23,967 nt of DNA, from assembly GCF_006345805.1 (NCBI RefSeq), contig NW_021836503.1, forward strand, positions 1-23,967, given 5' to 3'. The position numbers and the translations under genes are program-made. Shown here in pieces: positions 20,673-23,967 of this stretch. Every line of letters starts with the position of its first letter. Position 1 is the stretch's first letter. Below the pieces are notes generated by a model. That model had not been told where the DNA came from. It searched no databases and saw only the letters and a program-made list of their open reading frames with translations. Source of the DNA: Octopus sinensis. Lineage: Eukaryota.

Positions 20673-20774
20673 ATAAATATGCATCTATAACATACATTAA
20701 TTACACAAGGCGATTTCGTGTACGTGTATATGTTTGTACATATATATATATATATGATTTATAATATATATATG

Positions 20775-20810
<36 letters not shown>

Positions 20811-20866
20811 GTGTGGTGTGTGTTGTGCATATATATTTATTGTATATATGTATATATGTATACATG

Positions 20867-20898
<32 letters not shown>

Positions 20899-20899
20899 A

Positions 20900-21310
20900 G
20901 GCACAGGAGTGGCTGTGCGGTAAGTAGCTTCCTTACCAACCACATGGTTCCGGGTTCAGTCCCACTGCGTGGCACCTTGGGCAAGTGTCTTCAACTATAG
21001 CCTCGGGCCGACCAAAGCCTTGTGAGTGGATTTGTTAGACGGAAACTGAAAGAAGCCGGTCGTATATATATATATATATATATATGTGTGTTTGTGTGTC
21101 TGTTTTTATCTCCCCAACATCGCTTGACAACCGATGCTGGTGTGTTTGCGACCCCGTAACTTAGCGGTTCGGCAAAGGAGACCGATAGAAAAAGTACTAG
21201 GCTTACAAAGAATAAGTCCCGGGGTCGATTTGCTCAACTGAAGGCGGTGCTCCAGCATGGCCGCAGTCAAATGACTGAAACAAGTAAAAGAGTAAAAAGA
21301 GAGTAAAGAG
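20900..21310 (+). mobile_element. Full-length SINE family A
   Basis: Collinear with 1790-2207; AAAAGAGT-type tail. Confidence 0.92.
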
Positions 21311-21419
21311 TATTTATTTGTGTGTATAAGCGTGCATGCATGTATATACACTCGCACACTCATACAACACAGACTGGGTGCATATTTATGCACGCACCCG
21401 TGTGGTAAATAAGAATGGA

Positions 21420-21651
21420 GGCGGTGAGCTGGCAGAAACGTTAGCACGCCGGGCGAAATGCTTAGCGGTATTTCGTCTGCGTTACGTTGTGAGTTCAAAT
21501 TCCGCCGATGTCGACTTTGCCTTTCATCCTTTCGGGGTCGATAAATTAAGTACCAGTTACGCACTGGGGTCGATGTAATCGACTTAATACCTATGTCTGT
21601 CCTTGTTTGTCCCCTCTGTGTTTAGCCCCTTGTGGGCAATAAAGAAATAGG
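21420..21651 (+). mobile_element. Monomeric SINE family B
   Basis: Head plus one body unit ending in AAAGAAATAGG. Confidence 0.92.
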
Positions 21652-21819
21652 TAAATATGCATAAAGGACACACATGCGCGTGGTGGTAGGTGACAGGAAA
21701 AAACGTCAGTGGATGATGGTGAATGATGCATTCAGCGTTTTTGCATTCGCTTGTTCGTTCGAATGTTGTGTTTCGTACTTTAAAAGGAAAAATCTCAAAG
21801 GAACAAGCAAAACAAGATT

Positions 21820-22112
21820 TTCGCCCAATGGGCCTTGGAGTGCTACATAAAAACTCTGACGTCGGTGGAACGATAGAGAAGCTGTAACTGTGTCTGCATA
21901 TATAAATGCGTGTGTGTGTGTGTGTGTGTGTGGCGGAATGTAAAAATAAACGTTTTTCTACTTTCAGTCAGCACTTTAGCTAAATTGCTTCAACTCTACT
22001 TAGCTATTCGCCGCTAAATCCCGCATCTGCGCACGTTCACACGTTTGTATCGGATTTTGGCGATTTCTTTTGCGGGATTTTTCACAAGGGTGTTACTGAG
22101 GCTGTTGTAAGT
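21820..22112 (+). promoter_or_regulatory. Possible Pol II promoter / non-coding first exon
   Basis: CCAAT 21825, TGACGTC 21857, TATAAA 21901, Inr-like TCAGTC 21964, CpG-richer unique sequence, GTAAGT at 22107. Motif-only evidence; TATA-Inr spacing is atypical. Confidence 0.25.
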
Positions 22113-22369
22113 CTCTCAAAATGGTAAAGGAGGGTTTGGGGAGTGGTGGTGGTGGTCCAGTGGGGGGGGGGCGTGGTGAGTTTTCGTGTTGGTTTTGAGG
22201 TGATAAAATGTAGAATGGAATTTACAGAGATTTTTCCGTTCTTTTTATATATGAGTGTGTCAGTATGTGTGTGTGTGCATATATTTACATGTATGTGGGT
22301 TATACCAGTGTATTCACACACACACACATATATACAGACACACATAGGTTTATGTAAATATACATATAT

Positions 22370-22960
22370 ACACCCATATATATATATATATATATATATA
22401 TTATGTGTGTATATATGTATGTATGTATAATATTTGCGTGTTCGATATATTATGTATTTATTATGTATTTACAATTATATATATGTATATAAATATACAT
22501 ACTAACAAGTACACGTGCGCGTATGTGCATATCTACATATATTCACACATTTATATGTGTGTATTTTCATACATATATATCTATACATATATGTGTGTAT
22601 ATACATACATATATATGTATACATACATACATATATATATATATATCTATATATTTAGATATATGCATACATATATATATATGTATATATATACATATAT
22701 ATGTATATATATATATATATATATTTATATCTATATATATATATCTATACGTATATATATATATATATACTATATAATGCATATATATATACACACACAC
22801 ACACACATATATATAATTCAGATTTGCCCACACGCATACATATTTGATTGTATGTAAGTGTTTGCGTGTGTATATGCATGTATGTGTGTGTTTGTGTGTG
22901 TCCGTTTGTGTTCATGTGTGTCCGTTTGTGTCCGTGTGTTCCCCCCCCACACACACACAC
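22370..22960. repeat. Degenerate (TA)n/(CA)n/(GT)n low-complexity region
   Basis: Direct reading. Confidence 0.9.
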
Positions 22961-23154
22961 GTGCTGCCGTAATGTAATTTCTGTTGTTGATATTTATTCT
23001 CCTTAGTGTGTTACACTTTAGTGATTTGCGATGGAAACACTTCAAATGTTTGCGCTTCTGATTATAATTTAATGTTTTTCCTAGCATTCATTCGATGTCC
23101 TTGCCGGCTGAAATAAAAACGAGAGCCTACACCATCGCCACCTCCATCGAGCCT

Positions 23155-23228
23155 CGACCACCACCACTGCCACCACCCCACCACCACCACCACCACCACC
23201 ATCACCATCGTCTTCATCATCATCACGA
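23155..23228. repeat. (CAC/CAT)n trinucleotide array
   Basis: Direct reading. Confidence 0.85.
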
Positions 23229-23396
23229 TCTTTATTCTTTTGTTATTACTCAGTGGTCGATGAAACAAGTACCAGTCAAGTACCATTTCCCATTCTATAG
23301 TCCACCTGTACAACGTCACATCCACTCCAAAATGATGCTGAGGTGTGTGTTAGCGCTCAAAAGTGCTTGTTGCAGATGTTGTTGTTGTGATGTCGC

Positions 23397-23398
<2 letters not shown>

Positions 23399-23482
<84 letters not shown>

Positions 23483-23484
23483 AC
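23399..23484. repeat. (ATT)n microsatellite
   Basis: Direct reading. Confidence 0.95.
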
Positions 23485-23488
23485 TAAA

Positions 23489-23864
23489 GCGGCGAGCTGG
23501 CAGAATCGTTAGCACGCCGGACGAAATGCGTAGCCGTATTTCATCTGACGTTACGTTCTGGGTTCAAATTCCGCCGAGGTCGACTTTGCCTTTCATCCTT
23601 TCGGGGTCGATTAATTAAGTACCAGTTACACACTGGGGTCGATATAATCAACTTAATCCGTCTGTCTGTCCTTGTTTGTCTCCTCTGTGTTTAGCCCCTT
23701 GTGGGTAGTAAACAAATAGGTATTTCGTCTGCCGCTACGTTCTGAGTTCAAATTCCGTTGTGGTTGACTTTGCCTTTCATCCTTTCGGGGTCGATAAATT
23801 AAGTACCAGTTACGCACTAAGGTCGATATAATCGACTTAATCCCTTTGTCTGTCCTTGTTTGTC
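23489..23864 (+). mobile_element. SINE family B: head plus full unit plus partial headless second unit (restart at 23719)
   Basis: Same junction AAATAG|GTATTTCGTCTGCCGCTACG as in the 4194-4833 array; period 184 bp. Confidence 0.9.
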
Positions 23865-23967
23865 ATACACACACACACCACACACACCACACACACACAC
23901 ACAAATAGATTGACATACATACACACACATTTATATGTACAGGCATCAGCACACACATACATACACA

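Noticed and set aside
23095-23487. 130-aa Pro/His/Ile-rich ORF preceded by a possible acceptor
   Set aside because: Built from (CAC)n, a SINE-like fragment and (ATT)n; no domain similarity.

Overview
Repeat-dense, AT-rich eukaryotic genomic DNA. The tRNA-derived SINE families and very high microsatellite load suggest a coleoid cephalopod, probably Octopus (inference from pattern recognition, not a database search). I find no intact host protein-coding gene; almost all ORF-track entries are microsatellite or SINE artefacts. Recognisable content: three to four SINE families in many copies, two of them as headless tandem arrays; a decayed Tc1 transposase with an internal triplication; a decayed mariner with an RTE 3' end nested in it; a short R4/Dong-like LINE C-terminal remnant; and a 5'-truncated Tx1/L1-clade LINE sitting inside a (GATA)n array. 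The most interesting unexplained structure is a set of type I hammerhead-ribozyme folds of the Penelope (PLE) kind with palindromic helix III: three with canonical cores (2690-2754 +, 13874-13941 -, 14334-14376 +), one decayed tandem pair (19889-20034 +) and three core-variant copies (2409-2444, 6641-6670, 7205-7239, all -). Most lie close to (TA)n tracts. There are also four long inverted-repeat/hairpin elements (9564-9991, 14101-14246, 14777-14883, 18695-18805). All alignments and pairings were done by eye.
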